Source of the DNA: Gammaproteobacteria bacterium
GTDB lineage: Bacteria > Pseudomonadota > Gammaproteobacteria > Poriferisulfidales > GCA-002705445
Assembly (NCBI GenBank): GCA_018675635.1
Contig: JABGXU010000008.1
Location: 195,588-259,587 of the forward strand
Direction of reading: 5' to 3'
DNA length: 64,000 nt
Under the pieces are notes generated by a model. That model saw only the letters and a list, made by a program, of their open reading frames with translations. It was not told where the DNA came from and searched no databases. Both the position numbers and the translations under genes were made by a program. Of this stretch, positions 28,557-39,634 are shown piece after piece (the stretch's first letter is position 1; each line of letters begins with the position of its first letter).

Positions 28557-29912
28557 ATGATTAAAAAGTTATTGATAGCAAATAGAGGCGAAATAGCATT
28601 ACGTATTTTAAGAGCATGCAAGGATCTGGGAATTAAAACTGTAGCAGTTCATTCAGAAGTGGATAGAAATTTAATGCATGTAAAATTAGCTGATGAGTCT
28701 GTATGCATAGGCCCAGCTGACTCTAAAGAAAGTTATTTATCGTCGTCATCTATTATTAGTGCAGCAGAAATTACAAATTCTGATGCTATTCATCCTGGGT
28801 TTGGTTTCTTATCAGAAAATGCTGATTTTGCAGAACAGGTTATAAAATCAGATTTTATATTTGTTGGTCCAAAATCTGAAACAATAAGATTAATGGGGGA
28901 TAAAATCTTAGCGAAAAAAGCTATGAATGATGTAGGTATTACAGGAATACCTGGCTCTAAAGGACCAGTATCTAAAGACAATAAAGAAAATAAAAAAATA
29001 GCTAAATCTGTAGGTTATCCCGTATTGATTAAAGCATCACATGGTGGTGGTGGTCGCGGAATGCGAGTAGTAGAGCACGAACAAAACCTCGAAGAAGCTA
29101 TAAAGCTAACAAAAAATGAAGCCAAATTAGCATTTGGCAATGATACAGTTTTTATAGAAAAATTTTTAGAAACTCCAAGACATATAGAATTTCAAGTTCT
29201 TTGTGATAATTTTGGTAATTCTATATGTTTAGGTGAAAGAGATTGTTCAATGCAAAGAAAGCACCAAAAAGTTATCGAGGAAGCACCTGCTATTGGTGTA
29301 TCGGCCGTGGTCAGAAAAAAAATGATGAAATTGGTTGTTAGCGCATGTAAGAAAATAAACTACATTGGCGCAGGAACATTTGAGTTTTTATATCAAAATG
29401 ATGAATTTTATTTTATTGAAATGAATACAAGAATTCAGGTAGAGCATCCAGTAACAGAAATGATTACAGGTATTGATATTGTTAGGCAGCAATTATTGAT
29501 AGCTTCAGGGGAAAAAATTGGTTATTCACAAGAGCAAGTAGAAATAAAAGGCCATGCAATAGAGTGTAGAATAAATGCTGAAAATTCAAAAACTTTTATT
29601 CCATGTCCTGGAAAAATAGAGCAATTTCATGCTCCAGGTGGACCTGGAGTAAGGATGGATACTCATATATATAATGGTTATACAGTTCCCCCAAATTATG
29701 ATTCAATGATAGGTAAGCTAATATCATATGGTAATAATAGGAATGCTGCCATCAGAAGAATGAGTAACGCTTTAAACGAAATTGTTATAGACGGAATTGA
29801 GACTAATATTGATCTTCAAAAAAAATTAATTGTGGATCCTGAATTTCAAAAAGGTGGTTTTAGTATAAATTATTTAGAAAATAAATTTAAAAAAGAAAAT
29901 GGATCAAGATAA
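28557..29912 (+). CDS. accC: acetyl-CoA carboxylase biotin carboxylase subunit
   Basis: 451 aa. [36 protein letters not shown]. Confidence 0.96.
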   Translation: MIKKLLIANRGEIALRILRACKDLGIKTVAVHSEVDRNLMHVKLADESVCIGPADSKESYLSSSSIISAAEITNSDAIHPGFGFLSENADFAEQVIKSDFIFVGPKSETIRLMGDKILAKKAMNDVGITGIPGSKGPVSKDNKENKKIAKSVGYPVLIKASHGGGGRGMRVVEHEQNLEEAIKLTKNEAKLAFGNDTVFIEKFLETPRHIEFQVLCDNFGNSICLGERDCSMQRKHQKVIEEAPAIGVSAVVRKKMMKLVVSACKKINYIGAGTFEFLYQNDEFYFIEMNTRIQVEHPVTEMITGIDIVRQQLLIASGEKIGYSQEQVEIKGHAIECRINAENSKTFIPCPGKIEQFHAPGGPGVRMDTHIYNGYTVPPNYDSMIGKLISYGNNRNAAIRRMSNALNEIVIDGIETNIDLQKKLIVDPEFQKGGFSINYLENKFKKENGSR

Positions 29913-30144
29913 GTCAAATAAATTACTTAGAGAATTTGTAAGACAATCAATGAAAGAGTATTTTAAAAAAACTGATGGTTTTCCAATAAATAATATATAT
30001 GGTTTAGTAGTTGGAGAGGTCGAAAAGCCATTAATTGAAGAGACAATTAAATATTGCAAAGGCAATCAGTCTAAAGCTTCAGAGATACTTGGTTTAAGTA
30101 GAGGTACTTTAAGGAAAAAAATGAAGCAGTATAATATTACATAA
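29899..30144 (+). CDS. fis: DNA-binding protein Fis
   Basis: 81 aa. C-terminal [29 protein letters not shown]. Overlaps the accC end by 14 nt. Confidence 0.85.
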   Translation: MDQDKSNKLLREFVRQSMKEYFKKTDGFPINNIYGLVVGEVEKPLIEETIKYCKGNQSKASEILGLSRGTLRKKMKQYNIT

Positions 30145-30158
30145 ATAGGTACTAGATT

Positions 30159-31712
30159 TTGAGCACAAATAAAAAATTTGCACTTATAAGCGTTTCTGAT
30201 AAATCTAAGTTAGAAGAAATAGCAAAGTTTTTAATTAAAAATAATTTTGAAATTATTTCCACAGGTGGAACACATAAAAAATTAGAAGAATTAAATATAC
30301 CGGTAATATCAATTTCTGAAGTAACAAAATTTCCTGAGATTATGAATGGTAGAGTTAAAACACTACATCCTAATATTCATGCTGGTCTTTTGGCAAGAAA
30401 ATCTGATAATAAAATATTAAATGAACTAAATATACGAAGAATTGACGTTTTAATTGTAAATTTTTATCCATTTGAAAGTACAATTAATAAAGCTAATGTA
30501 AGTTTTGAAGAAGCAATAGAAAATATTGATATTGGCGGACCTGCAATGGTTCGTGCTGCTGCAAAAAACTATAAGAATTGCTGTGTTATCACAAATCCTG
30601 ATGATTATAAAAAATTTATTAAAATCTATGATAGTAATAAATTAATAAACAAGGATTTATATAAAGAAATGTCCTTAAAAGCTTTTCAATGTGTTGCTCA
30701 TTATGATATTTGTATTGCTAATTATTTAGGAGAAAAAATTAGCAATGAAAATTTTCCAAAATTCTATTCATTCAAAAAAATTAAAGATTTACGATATGGT
30801 GAAAACCCTCATCAGAAAGCTTCTTTGTACCAAGATTTTGGACAAAGACAAATAAGTATTGTAAATTCAAAAATATATCAGGGAAAAGAATTATCTTATA
30901 ATAATATTGTTGATGGTGATGCAGCATTGTCATGTGTATTAAACTACGAAAAACCATCATGCGTAATAGTTAAGCATGCAAATCCATGCGGTGTATCAAG
31001 TAATATTACTTTGAAGGAAGCGTATATTAATGCATATGAAACCGATCCGGTTTCTGCATTTGGTGGTGTAATAGCATTTAATAAAATTGTAGATGACGAA
31101 TTAATAAAAAATATTTTAGAAAGACAATTTGTTGAATTAATAATAGCGCCAGAGTTTTCAAAAAAGTCATTAGAGTATGCAAAAACAAAAAAGAATATTC
31201 GTATTATAGAATATAATAGTTATAAAAAATTGGAAAATAATGCATCAAGCCAAATAAAAAATATTAGTGATGGAGTATTGATACAAGAAGTTGACTCATC
31301 AATGGATGACAATCAAGAAAAATATAAAGTGGTTTCAAAAAAAATTCCTACAAAAAAAGAATTATCTGATTTATATTTTGCATGGGTTGTTGCTAAATAT
31401 GTTAAATCAAATGCTATCGTTTTTGCTAAGAATAATAAAACATTAGGTATAGGCGCTGGCCAAATGAGTAGAATTGATTCAACATATATTGCCTCTAAAA
31501 AAGCATATCAACAAAATTTGGAATTGATGGGAGCAGTTATGGCGTCTGATGCTTTTTTTCCATTTTCTGATAATGTTGAAAAAGCTGTTGAGTTAGGCAT
31601 ATCTGCGATTATACAACCAGGAGGCTCACAAAATGACCAGGAAGTAATAGACAAATCAGACGAGTTAAATGTAAGTTTAGTATTTACAGGTATAAGGCAT
31701 TTTAGGCATTAG
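30159..31712 (+). CDS. purH: bifunctional AICAR transformylase / IMP cyclohydrolase
   Basis: 517 aa with a TTG start. ALISVSDK, TGGT, VKTLHP.IH.G, GGPAM.RAAAKN and a C-terminal TG.RHFRH. Confidence 0.95.
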   Translation: MSTNKKFALISVSDKSKLEEIAKFLIKNNFEIISTGGTHKKLEELNIPVISISEVTKFPEIMNGRVKTLHPNIHAGLLARKSDNKILNELNIRRIDVLIVNFYPFESTINKANVSFEEAIENIDIGGPAMVRAAAKNYKNCCVITNPDDYKKFIKIYDSNKLINKDLYKEMSLKAFQCVAHYDICIANYLGEKISNENFPKFYSFKKIKDLRYGENPHQKASLYQDFGQRQISIVNSKIYQGKELSYNNIVDGDAALSCVLNYEKPSCVIVKHANPCGVSSNITLKEAYINAYETDPVSAFGGVIAFNKIVDDELIKNILERQFVELIIAPEFSKKSLEYAKTKKNIRIIEYNSYKKLENNASSQIKNISDGVLIQEVDSSMDDNQEKYKVVSKKIPTKKELSDLYFAWVVAKYVKSNAIVFAKNNKTLGIGAGQMSRIDSTYIASKKAYQQNLELMGAVMASDAFFPFSDNVEKAVELGISAIIQPGGSQNDQEVIDKSDELNVSLVFTGIRHFRH

Positions 31713-31714
31713 AT

Positions 31715-33004
31715 ATGAATTTATTAATTATTGGCGGCGGCGGTAGAGAACATGCAATAGTATGGAAGGTATCTCAATCTAATAAAGTAAGTAAAATTTT
31801 TGTTACTCCAGGTAATCCTGGCATAGCAAATGAAAATAAAGTAACTCTTGTTAGTATAGATAATCCAAATATCAAAGATTATGTTCAGTTAGCAATAGAG
31901 AAAAATATTGATCTTACAATTGTCGGTCCAGAAGATCCTTTGGTAGAAGGAATAGTTGATGAATTTAATAAAAATAATTTATTAATATTCGGGCCAAATA
32001 AATTAGCATCACAATTAGAAGGATCAAAAGACTTTTGCAAAAAAATATTAAATTCTGCAAATGTTCTTACTGCGAAACATGAGTCATTTAAAGACCCTAT
32101 ATCTGCAAATAATTATATAAAAAATCAAAACATGCCAATTGTAATAAAAGCTGATGGTCTTGCTGCAGGGAAAGGCGTTTTTATTATGAAAGATAAAAAT
32201 GAGGCATGTAAATTAATAAATGATTTATTTGATGCGAAGATAAATGGCATTAAAACATCTTTGGTAATAGTTGAAGAATTTTTAAAAGGCGAAGAAGCAA
32301 GCTTTATATGTTTAGTTTCTGGAGATACAGTTATACCAATAGCTTCATCAAAAGATCATAAGAAACTATGTGATGCAGACCTAGGGCCCAATACAGGGGG
32401 AATGGGAGCATATTCTCCTACTAAACTTATAAATACTGATATGTCAGAAAATGTTATCAATAAAATTATTTTACCTACAATAAAAGAGCTAAAAAAAATT
32501 AATATAAATTATCAGGGTTTTCTTTATGCGGGATTAATGATAGATAAAAATAAAAATGCATATGTTTTAGAATATAATTGCAGATTAGGTGACCCAGAAG
32601 CTCAAGCAATACTTATGAGGCTTGATAGTGATATTATCAATATGTTTTTATCTACAATAAATAATCAACTAGATAAATTGGAAATAAAATGGAAGAAAGA
32701 AAGCGCTTGTACAATTGTTCTTGCGTCTGAAGGATATCCTGGTAAATATGAAAAAAATAATAAAATTAATGGGTTAGATTATGAAGTAAATGATGTAAAA
32801 ATTTTCCATTCTGGAACTAAATTAAATGATGGCTCTGTTGTTACAAATGGAGGCAGGGTATTAGCCGTAACAGCATTAGGGATAAATCTTCAAATAGCAC
32901 AAGCTAAAGCATATGATAGATGTAGTCAAATATCTTGGGATGGAAAAATTAAAAGAAATGATATTGGAAACAAAGAAATAAATAATAAATTTATCTTTTC
33001 ATAG
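31715..33004 (+). CDS. purD: phosphoribosylamine-glycine ligase
   Basis: 429 aa. [31 protein letters not shown]. Follows purH. Confidence 0.95.
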   Translation: MNLLIIGGGGREHAIVWKVSQSNKVSKIFVTPGNPGIANENKVTLVSIDNPNIKDYVQLAIEKNIDLTIVGPEDPLVEGIVDEFNKNNLLIFGPNKLASQLEGSKDFCKKILNSANVLTAKHESFKDPISANNYIKNQNMPIVIKADGLAAGKGVFIMKDKNEACKLINDLFDAKINGIKTSLVIVEEFLKGEEASFICLVSGDTVIPIASSKDHKKLCDADLGPNTGGMGAYSPTKLINTDMSENVINKIILPTIKELKKININYQGFLYAGLMIDKNKNAYVLEYNCRLGDPEAQAILMRLDSDIINMFLSTINNQLDKLEIKWKKESACTIVLASEGYPGKYEKNNKINGLDYEVNDVKIFHSGTKLNDGSVVTNGGRVLAVTALGINLQIAQAKAYDRCSQISWDGKIKRNDIGNKEINNKFIFS

Positions 33005-34247
33005 ATTCAAAGAATTCACTATTTGTTTTTGTTGTTTTTAATTTATCTAACAAAAACTCAACAGCTTCAATTTCATCCATGGAATGCATGAATTTTCTTA
33101 ATATCCACATTCTTTGAAGTTCTTCTGGTGACGTTAAAAGTTCTTCTCTTCTTGTTCCAGATTTATTAATACCAATCGCTGGGTATACTCTTTTCTCTGC
33201 TATTCTTCTGTCTAAGTGTATTTCACTATTACCGGTACCTTTAAATTCTTCAAATATTACTTCATCCATTTTAGATCCAGTGTCAACAAGTGCTGTTGCT
33301 AAAATTGTAAGTGATCCACCTTCTTCTATATTTCTGGCTGCCCCAAAGAATCTTTTTGGTCTATGTAGCGCATTAGCGTCAACACCACCAGATAAAACTT
33401 TTCCAGATGAAGGAGAGACAGTGTTATAAGCTCTTGCAAGTCTAGTGATAGAATCTAATAGAATAACCACATCCTTTTTGTGTTCAACAAGTCTCTTTGC
33501 TTTTTCAATCACCATTTCTGCTACTTGCACATGTCTCGTAGCTGGCTCATCAAATGTACTAGAAACAACTTCACCATCTACCATGCGAGCCATTTCTGTA
33601 ACCTCTTCAGGTCTTTCATCTATAAGTAATATAATTAGATGACACTCTGGATTATTAGTTGTAATGCTTTGTGCAATATTTTGAAGCATTATAGTTTTAC
33701 CAGCTTTTGGTGGAGAAACAACTAATCCCCTTTGACCTTTACCAATCGGTGCGATTATATCTATTATTCTAGCAGTAATATCTTCACTGCTTCCATTCCC
33801 TCTCTCTAATTTAATTCTTTTTTCAGCATGCAAAGGTGTTAAATTTTCAAATAATATTTTTCTTTTTGCATTTTCAGGAGATTCATAATTAATTTGATCT
33901 ACTTTAAGCATCGCAAAATATCTTTCTGTATCTTTAGGAGGTCTAATTTTTCCTGATACTGTATCTCCGGTGCGCAAACCAAATTTCCTAATTTGGCTTG
34001 GTGAAACATATATATCATCAGGACCTGCAAGATATGAACTATTTGAAGATCTTAGAAATCCAAATCCATCTTGAAGAATCTCTAACACACCATCTCCAAA
34101 TATATCTTCACCATTTTTTGCATGGGATTTTAATATAGAAAAAATTACTTCTTGTTTTCTTGCTCTAGCTATATTTTCTATACTCATATCTGCAGCCATA
34201 GTCATTAAATCTGCTGGGCTTTTTTTCTTTAACTCTGTTAAGTTCAT
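32991..34247 (-). CDS. rho: transcription termination factor Rho
   Basis: 418 aa. RNA-binding FGFLR, Walker A PPKAGKT, and [36 protein letters not shown]. Its 3' end overlaps convergent purD by 14 nt. Confidence 0.97.
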   Translation of the reverse strand: MNLTELKKKSPADLMTMAADMSIENIARARKQEVIFSILKSHAKNGEDIFGDGVLEILQDGFGFLRSSNSSYLAGPDDIYVSPSQIRKFGLRTGDTVSGKIRPPKDTERYFAMLKVDQINYESPENAKRKILFENLTPLHAEKRIKLERGNGSSEDITARIIDIIAPIGKGQRGLVVSPPKAGKTIMLQNIAQSITTNNPECHLIILLIDERPEEVTEMARMVDGEVVSSTFDEPATRHVQVAEMVIEKAKRLVEHKKDVVILLDSITRLARAYNTVSPSSGKVLSGGVDANALHRPKRFFGAARNIEEGGSLTILATALVDTGSKMDEVIFEEFKGTGNSEIHLDRRIAEKRVYPAIGINKSGTRREELLTSPEELQRMWILRKFMHSMDEIEAVEFLLDKLKTTKTNSEFFESMKR

Positions 34248-34400
34248 AATAATTTTTACCTAAGGAATTTTGTAGATTATATAAAGGATTAATGCGTTTT
34301 TTTATAATTTGACGCGTGAAATTTTTTCTTTGAAGTGCTAAATCTACTACTGAAATTGAAAGTTAACATTAATTATAACTTTCGTCTAGCTTTTTTTTAA

Positions 34401-34727
34401 CTAAATATTGTCCTCAATAAATTTTTTTAAATCATTTTTACTTAAAGCGCCTACTTTTGTTCCTACAGGTTCACCGTCTTTAAAAAGCATTAGCGTAGGT
34501 ATGCCACGTATTCCATATTTTGGAGGTGTTTGTGAGTTTTCATCAACATTTAGTTTGCCTACCAATACTCTGCCTTCCATCTCATCAGCAATTTCTTCTA
34601 GTATTGGAGTAATCATTTTGCAAGGCCCGCACCATTCAGCCCAGTAATCAACTAATATTGGTTTTTCTGATTTAATGACTAAATTTTCGAAATCTGTATC
34701 TGTTATTTTTAATATTGATTCTGACAT
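34401..34727 (-). CDS. trxA: thioredoxin
   Basis: 108 aa. WAEWCGPCK active site. Canonical trxA-rho neighbourhood. Confidence 0.95.
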   Translation of the reverse strand: MSESILKITDTDFENLVIKSEKPILVDYWAEWCGPCKMITPILEEIADEMEGRVLVGKLNVDENSQTPPKYGIRGIPTLMLFKDGEPVGTKVGALSKNDLKKFIEDNI

Positions 34728-34806
34728 AAATTTTCCTTAAATAATTTTTTTGATTAGTTTTTTATTATACATATAATTACTTTAAATCAAGATATTTTCT
34801 TGATTA

Positions 34807-35973
34807 TTATGTATCTTCATAAATAATTCTCCATTTTCCGTCTTTTTCTTTCTTCCAGAATAATTTTTTATTTGTAGCAGTTTTAAAATTATTGCTTTCA
34901 TAAAATTGTCTAAAATCAGCATATATTAAATTTCTTTGCTCAGGATAAAAAAATAAGTTTAGATTTTTAATATTTATTTTAATGAAAGTTTTGTTCCCAA
35001 TTATTCTTAAAATATGCGCAACTCTTTTCTCAAAATCATGTGTTTTACTATTAAAATTAATTGAATGTTGTGCTATAAAAGAGTGTGGATCCAGACTTTC
35101 CCAGCTCTTTTCCCATTCTTTTATGAAATTATTTGCTTCTTCTTTATTTTGGTGCCACTTATTTCTTTTTATCCAATTTACGTTTTCTACTAATAGAACT
35201 GGTGTTTTGCCTATTTCAGTGTATTTTTTTAATTTCTGCAGGGTTCTGTTGCTCGTTACAACGCAACCTTCACTAGTAAGCGGAGGTCTACTATAAACAT
35301 CCCTAGGAACTCCGTGAATCCATATACCGTAACCAGTTTTATTATTTCTTATATCCCATGAGTTTGGATAATTTATAGGGTATGCTCCATTACCATATAG
35401 TTCCGGAAGATCTTCATCTATTAAATGTGAAGTAATCTTATAAACGCCGATAGGGGTTTTATTATCACCAGAGATTGATTTATTGTAACCACCTTTACCA
35501 ATAGAAACATAATAATCTGCAATAATTTCTGGAATCCCACTATTATTTTTTACTAAATATAATCTTGATTTAGATAGTTCAATTAAAAAAGCATATTTAA
35601 CATTATCAGATAATTGAACTATTGATTTAGGTAAAAGATCATTTTTTTTATATACAGAAGTAAAATTTATTCTAGCCTTTGCTTCACTCTTTAAATCATT
35701 TATTTTTTTGTCTTTAGATTTACTACTGAGTACTGGTTTTTTTTGTAGATGTGATGATAATAAATCAGCATAAATTACTTTTCCTAATTTAAAATTTGGG
35801 TAATTTTTACTTAATTTTTCAGCAATAAATAAAGCTTCTTCATTACTGCCATTTCTCATGTAGTCAATTATTTTTAAAAGTTCAATTTCTGCTTTTTCAT
35901 TTGGAGAAATTATTTCATCAGCATAAATATTATTAACAAATAATATAATTAATAAAAGATATAGAGTGCGCAT
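34807..35973 (-). CDS. L,D-transpeptidase family protein (YkuD domain)
   Basis: 388 aa with a signal peptide. The catalytic stretch GIWIHGVP.....PLTSEGCVVTSN (His...Gly-Cys) is typical of the YkuD fold. Confidence 0.75.
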   Translation of the reverse strand: MRTLYLLLIILFVNNIYADEIISPNEKAEIELLKIIDYMRNGSNEEALFIAEKLSKNYPNFKLGKVIYADLLSSHLQKKPVLSSKSKDKKINDLKSEAKARINFTSVYKKNDLLPKSIVQLSDNVKYAFLIELSKSRLYLVKNNSGIPEIIADYYVSIGKGGYNKSISGDNKTPIGVYKITSHLIDEDLPELYGNGAYPINYPNSWDIRNNKTGYGIWIHGVPRDVYSRPPLTSEGCVVTSNRTLQKLKKYTEIGKTPVLLVENVNWIKRNKWHQNKEEANNFIKEWEKSWESLDPHSFIAQHSINFNSKTHDFEKRVAHILRIIGNKTFIKINIKNLNLFFYPEQRNLIYADFRQFYESNNFKTATNKKLFWKKEKDGKWRIIYEDT

Positions 35974-36788
35974 TATTTAAGAATGTATTCTCCAGTTATC
36001 TTAAAACTATTATTTATTATGACTAATGTGGCATGTTTATTAACAACATCTGAAAATGAGTCTGAATTATAATTTTGTGTAAATTGAAGTAATACATTTT
36101 TATTACCAAAATTTATAACTTTAAAATTTAAAATTTTAACTTTTATATTTTTTTTACTTAAAATTTTATTTTTCCTATCTGTTTCCCATAATATTCTAGA
36201 TTTATATTTCTTAGGAAAATAGCCTTTTTTATAGTAATTAAAATATTCTTGATAGTTTTTGTTTTCCCATGATCGAGCCCAATTGTTAATAAACTCTTGT
36301 GCTCTACCAGAATCAATTGACTGAATATTCTCAATATTAGTTTTTTTGGTTACTGTGTTATTTGTTATTTCATTTTTAATTGTCATTGTATCTAATGCTT
36401 TTGCTAATATTAATTTGATGCTATTTTTTTCTGAATCTTTAATTGAGAGTGCTTCCTCATATAAGATATTTGCCTGATAAGCATACAAACTTGTTAAATT
36501 TTTGTAGATAATTTCTATATTTTTATTATTGCTTATAGATTGTCTTAGTATTTTTACTGCAGTATCTATATTGCCTTGTTTTGCTTCTATATAAGCAATG
36601 TTATTTATAACTTGATCATTCTTTGGATGATTTTTTAATATATTTTTTAAAATATTTTTAGCTGCTGAAAAATTCTCTATAAGAATTAATTCATTTGCTG
36701 CATTAAATTTCTCAAAATTATCTACTGAAAATGCTGGGCAAATATTTGAAGCAATCAAGAAAAAAAAAATTACTGTTTTTTTACGCAT
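35973..36788 (-). CDS. secreted TPR-repeat protein, co-transcribed with the L,D-transpeptidase
   Basis: 271 aa with a signal peptide. TPR-like N-half (AKNILKNILKNHP...AYIEAKQGNIDTAVKIL). 1-nt overlap with the downstream gene. Confidence 0.5.
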   Translation of the reverse strand: MRKKTVIFFFLIASNICPAFSVDNFEKFNAANELILIENFSAAKNILKNILKNHPKNDQVINNIAYIEAKQGNIDTAVKILRQSISNNKNIEIIYKNLTSLYAYQANILYEEALSIKDSEKNSIKLILAKALDTMTIKNEITNNTVTKKTNIENIQSIDSGRAQEFINNWARSWENKNYQEYFNYYKKGYFPKKYKSRILWETDRKNKILSKKNIKVKILNFKVINFGNKNVLLQFTQNYNSDSFSDVVNKHATLVIINNSFKITGEYILK

Positions 36789-36885
36789 TTAATATTATGT
36801 TAAGTTATTGTATTATTGTAATTATATTACATATCATTATATGTTAAAAAGTGGATAATACAATAATCTTAAAATTGGAAAAGCT

Positions 36886-37776
36886 ATGAATATAACTATA
36901 CTGGGTGGCACTGGTTTTGTGGGAATGAGTATAATTAATTGTCTCGCTAAAACTGAAAACAATGTAACTATTATAACTCGTGATCGTGAAAAAAATAAAA
37001 AAATATTAGTATATCCCCGTGTAAAATTAATTGAGGCAGATGTTCATAATTTAGAAGCTTTAGCTTCATATACTAAAAATACAGACGTTTTAGTTAATTT
37101 AATCGGAATATTGAATGAAAAAGGGCATTCAGGAAGAGGATTTAGAAAGGCACATAGTGATTTAGCAAGAAATATACTAAATGTCTGCAAGCTGAACAAC
37201 ATTAAACGAATATTACATATGAGCGCTTTAAATGCCGATCCTAAAGGCAATAGTCATTATTTAAGAACTAAAGGCGAGGCTGAAAGTTACTTGATGACAT
37301 ATGGGAAAAGATTTGCAAATGTAACTATATTTAAGCCCTCAGTAATTTTTGGGAAAAACGACAATTTTATTTTAAGATTTAGCAATTTATTAAATTTTAT
37401 GCCATTTATATTTCCTTTAGCATGCCATGAAGCTAAATTTGCCCCTGTTTATGTAGAAGAGTTGTCTGAGTTTATTGTAAATTCAATAAAAAATACAAAA
37501 AGCTTTAATAAGAAATATGATTTATCTGGGCCAAAAGACTATACTCTAAAAGAGATATTGGAATTAATTATCCAAACTAAAAAAAGGAAAATTAAAGTAA
37601 TACCCTTATCAAAAAAATTATCTAAATTACAAGCCATAATAATGGAGTTTATTCCAGGAAAACCTTTTTCAATAGATAATTTTAATTCATGTCAGATAGA
37701 TAGTATTTGCAGTTCAGATTATAATTTTTATTCTGACTTAGAAACTATAATACCTACTTATATTAACCCACAATAA
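36886..37776 (+). CDS. NAD(P)-binding SDR-fold protein (NDUFA9-like / epimerase family)
   Basis: 296 aa. ILGGTGFVG Rossmann motif and Y..TK (YLRTKGEAE). Confidence 0.65.
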   Translation: MNITILGGTGFVGMSIINCLAKTENNVTIITRDREKNKKILVYPRVKLIEADVHNLEALASYTKNTDVLVNLIGILNEKGHSGRGFRKAHSDLARNILNVCKLNNIKRILHMSALNADPKGNSHYLRTKGEAESYLMTYGKRFANVTIFKPSVIFGKNDNFILRFSNLLNFMPFIFPLACHEAKFAPVYVEELSEFIVNSIKNTKSFNKKYDLSGPKDYTLKEILELIIQTKKRKIKVIPLSKKLSKLQAIIMEFIPGKPFSIDNFNSCQIDSICSSDYNFYSDLETIIPTYINPQ

Positions 37777-37783
37777 ATTAATA

Positions 37784-38872
37784 ATGAAAAAATATCTTGT
37801 CGGTGGTGCTGTAAGAGATAAATTATTAGGTTTAGAACCCAAAGAAAAAGATTGGGTAGTTGTAAATAGTAGCCCAGAAGAATTGATTTCTTTAGGTTAC
37901 AAACAGGTAGGTAAAAATTTTCCAGTTTTTTTGCATCCAAAAACTTTTGAAGAGTATGCATTGGCAAGGGTGGAAAAAAAAGTTAATACAGGGCACCAAG
38001 GTTTTGAATTTAATACGGAGAAAAGTGTAACTCTTGAGCAGGATTTATTAAGAAGAGATTTAACAATAAACGCGATTGCTGAAGATGGTGATAATAAATT
38101 AATAGATCCGTTTAATGGCTTAAAAGATATAGAAAATAGAGAACTTCGACATGTGTCAGATGCATTCTCAGAGGATCCACTAAGAGTATTTAGAGTAGCG
38201 CGATTTTACGCATCACTTAGTGAATATAATTTTAATATTCATGATTCAACATATATAGCAATGCAGAGTATTGTAGATTCTGGTGAAATAGAAAGTCTTT
38301 CTAGGGAAAGATTGTGGGGAGAATTTTCCAAAGCATTTAGTACGAAGGAGCCATACAAATTTTTTGAAGCATTAATTAATTCTGGTACTGCAAAAAAGTA
38401 TTTTCCTGAGGTTGTAGATAATGAAATACTTAAGAAAAAAATAATTTATTTCGCTAAACAGAATATAAGTAAAGATATATTTATATCATTAATTGGTTTT
38501 TCTGTAGATTTTCTAGAATTATTTGGATTTCCTAAAAAAATAGTAGATTTATATTTTATATTTAATGAATTTGGAGCTAAGTTTTTATCCTTAGAGTTAA
38601 AAAAAGAACTAGTTTTAAATTTTTTGAATGAATTAGATGCATTCAGGCGCCCTGATAGATTATACAATTTTTTGATACAAATTAATTGTTTTTTAGATTT
38701 TCATAACCAAGATGAAAATAGTAAAATTAATATTTTTGACGATATATTAAAAAATATTGAAAGTAAGATTAATTATGGGAATTTAAAAAATCTTAATGTT
38801 GCTCAAATTAAACAAAGTGTAGAAAATACTAATTTAAATATTATTAATAAGATTTTAAGTAAAAATACTTAA
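37784..38872 (+). CDS. cca: tRNA nucleotidyltransferase (CCA-adding), lacking an HD domain
   Basis: 362 aa. YLVGGAVRD..LG, RRDLTINA, DPLRVFRVARF. The C-terminal third has no HD/HDLGK motifs. Confidence 0.85.
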   Translation: MKKYLVGGAVRDKLLGLEPKEKDWVVVNSSPEELISLGYKQVGKNFPVFLHPKTFEEYALARVEKKVNTGHQGFEFNTEKSVTLEQDLLRRDLTINAIAEDGDNKLIDPFNGLKDIENRELRHVSDAFSEDPLRVFRVARFYASLSEYNFNIHDSTYIAMQSIVDSGEIESLSRERLWGEFSKAFSTKEPYKFFEALINSGTAKKYFPEVVDNEILKKKIIYFAKQNISKDIFISLIGFSVDFLELFGFPKKIVDLYFIFNEFGAKFLSLELKKELVLNFLNELDAFRRPDRLYNFLIQINCFLDFHNQDENSKINIFDDILKNIESKINYGNLKNLNVAQIKQSVENTNLNIINKILSKNT

Positions 38873-39634
38873 AAGAACTATTCCTAATATTAATCTGTAT
38901 ATCATAAAAGGGTAAAATCCAATTTTATTTACATATAGTATGAAATTCTTTATTACAACATATGCTACTAGAAAAGATATTATTATTGATATAAATGACG
39001 ATAAAATAATTTCAAAATTTATACTAGAAAAATTTAAGGAAAGCGTTTCATAGCACATGGCAATAAGAATTACTGGAAATGCTAGAATAATTGCAATAAT
39101 AATTGAGCTCTTTTTGTTATACCCAAGTAATAATGCCGACAATATAATTATTGCTGATCTAGATGTTCCTGGAATTAATGCTAGAGCTTGAAATAGACCA
39201 ATAATTACCATATCAATATTATTAATTTCACTAATATTTTTTGACTTTTTGCTAAATAACTCTGCTGCTAATAAAAAAAGTGCAACTGCAATAGTAGAAA
39301 TCGCAATAACTTCTAAATTTCTTAAATGATTAATAATATAATCATGAAAAAAATACCCAAAAATTAAGACTGGCAAAGAGCCAATTATAATTTTTTGAAT
39401 ATTTATATAATTTTTTGCATATTCTGTATTTATAAACTCTGTAGTATTTTTAGAATAATAATAAATAATGGCAAGTAAAGACCCAAAATGCATAGATACG
39501 TCAAGAAAAACTCCTTGGTCATTCCAACCTAAAATTTTTGGAATAAGAATTAAATGCGCAGAACTTGAAATAGGTAAAAATTCTGTAACACCTTGCACTA
39601 AAGATAATATTATTACATGAGTATAATCAATCAT
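38855..39634 (-). CDS. uppP: undecaprenyl-diphosphate phosphatase
   Basis: 259 aa, polytopic. LSLVQGVTEFLPISSSAHL and PGTSRSA motifs. Confidence 0.9.
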   Translation of the reverse strand: MIDYTHVIILSLVQGVTEFLPISSSAHLILIPKILGWNDQGVFLDVSMHFGSLLAIIYYYSKNTTEFINTEYAKNYINIQKIIIGSLPVLIFGYFFHDYIINHLRNLEVIAISTIAVALFLLAAELFSKKSKNISEINNIDMVIIGLFQALALIPGTSRSAIIILSALLLGYNKKSSIIIAIILAFPVILIAMCYETLSLNFSSINFEIILSSFISIIISFLVAYVVIKNFILYVNKIGFYPFMIYRLILGIVLLSIFT

